Shown piece by piece: positions 63,769 through 64,000 of a stretch of DNA of 64,000 nt. The notes under the pieces were generated by a model. The model was given only the letters and a program-made list of their open reading frames with translations. It searched no databases and was not told the DNA's origin. Every line of letters starts with the position of its first letter. Within the stretch, counting starts at the first letter, position 1. This DNA comes from Haliotis rufescens (Eukaryota). The position numbers and the translations under genes are program-made. Location of the stretch: contig NW_025964372.1 in the NCBI RefSeq assembly GCF_023055435.1, forward strand, positions 38,564,001-38,628,000, in the 5' to 3' direction.

Positions 63769-63860
63769 CCAGCCCCTACACCAGCCCCCACACCAGCCCC
63801 TACACCAGCCCCCACACCAGCCCCTACACCAGCCCCCACACCAGCCCCTACACCAGCCCC
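63769..63860. repeat. 12-bp repeat (CCAGCCCCYACA)n immediately after the FABP-B stop codon
   Basis: About 7.5 units alternating TACA/CACA. Confidence 0.9.
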
Positions 63861-64000
63861 TGACTGACGTGATCTCAACAATATGTCACTACCAAAACAA
63901 TGTACGGACCCCGAAAAGATTGTGTTCATTTATCATAAATAGAAACTTATTTAATCCAGACTATTCCGGATCTATGTCAGTACCGAACAAACATACAGTC

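Noticed and set aside
63675-63929. (SPYT/SPHT)n and (GAGV)n ORFs
   Set aside because: Alternative frames over FABP-B exon 4 and the 12-bp repeat after its stop codon.

Overview
This is animal genomic DNA. The repeat landscape looks molluscan and probably abalone (Haliotis), which is recalled from memory and not verified. Positions ~1-51,290 are a tandem array of a 7-13 kb unit. It carries four intact, recently duplicated BTB-BACK-PHR genes (BTBD1/2/3/6-type Cullin-3 adaptors, + strand, two coding exons each). Their BTB exons are nearly identical, but their C-terminal PHR domains differ in discrete, mostly non-synonymous patches and appear to be mosaics of one another. Each unit also carries orphan copies of exons 3 and/or 4 of a neighbouring minus-strand FABP/calycin gene, because the duplication breakpoint lies in that gene's intron 2. 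Positions ~48.8-63.8 kb hold a head-to-head pair of 4-exon, 140-aa FABP-like genes that the ORF track does not assemble. The rest is tRNA-derived SINEs of several families, a dead MULE carrying a LINE ORF1 fragment (in two units), a dead Tc1 element, mini/microsatellites (two apparently born from SINE segments), palindromes and eight N-runs. All counts were done by eye and should be recomputed.
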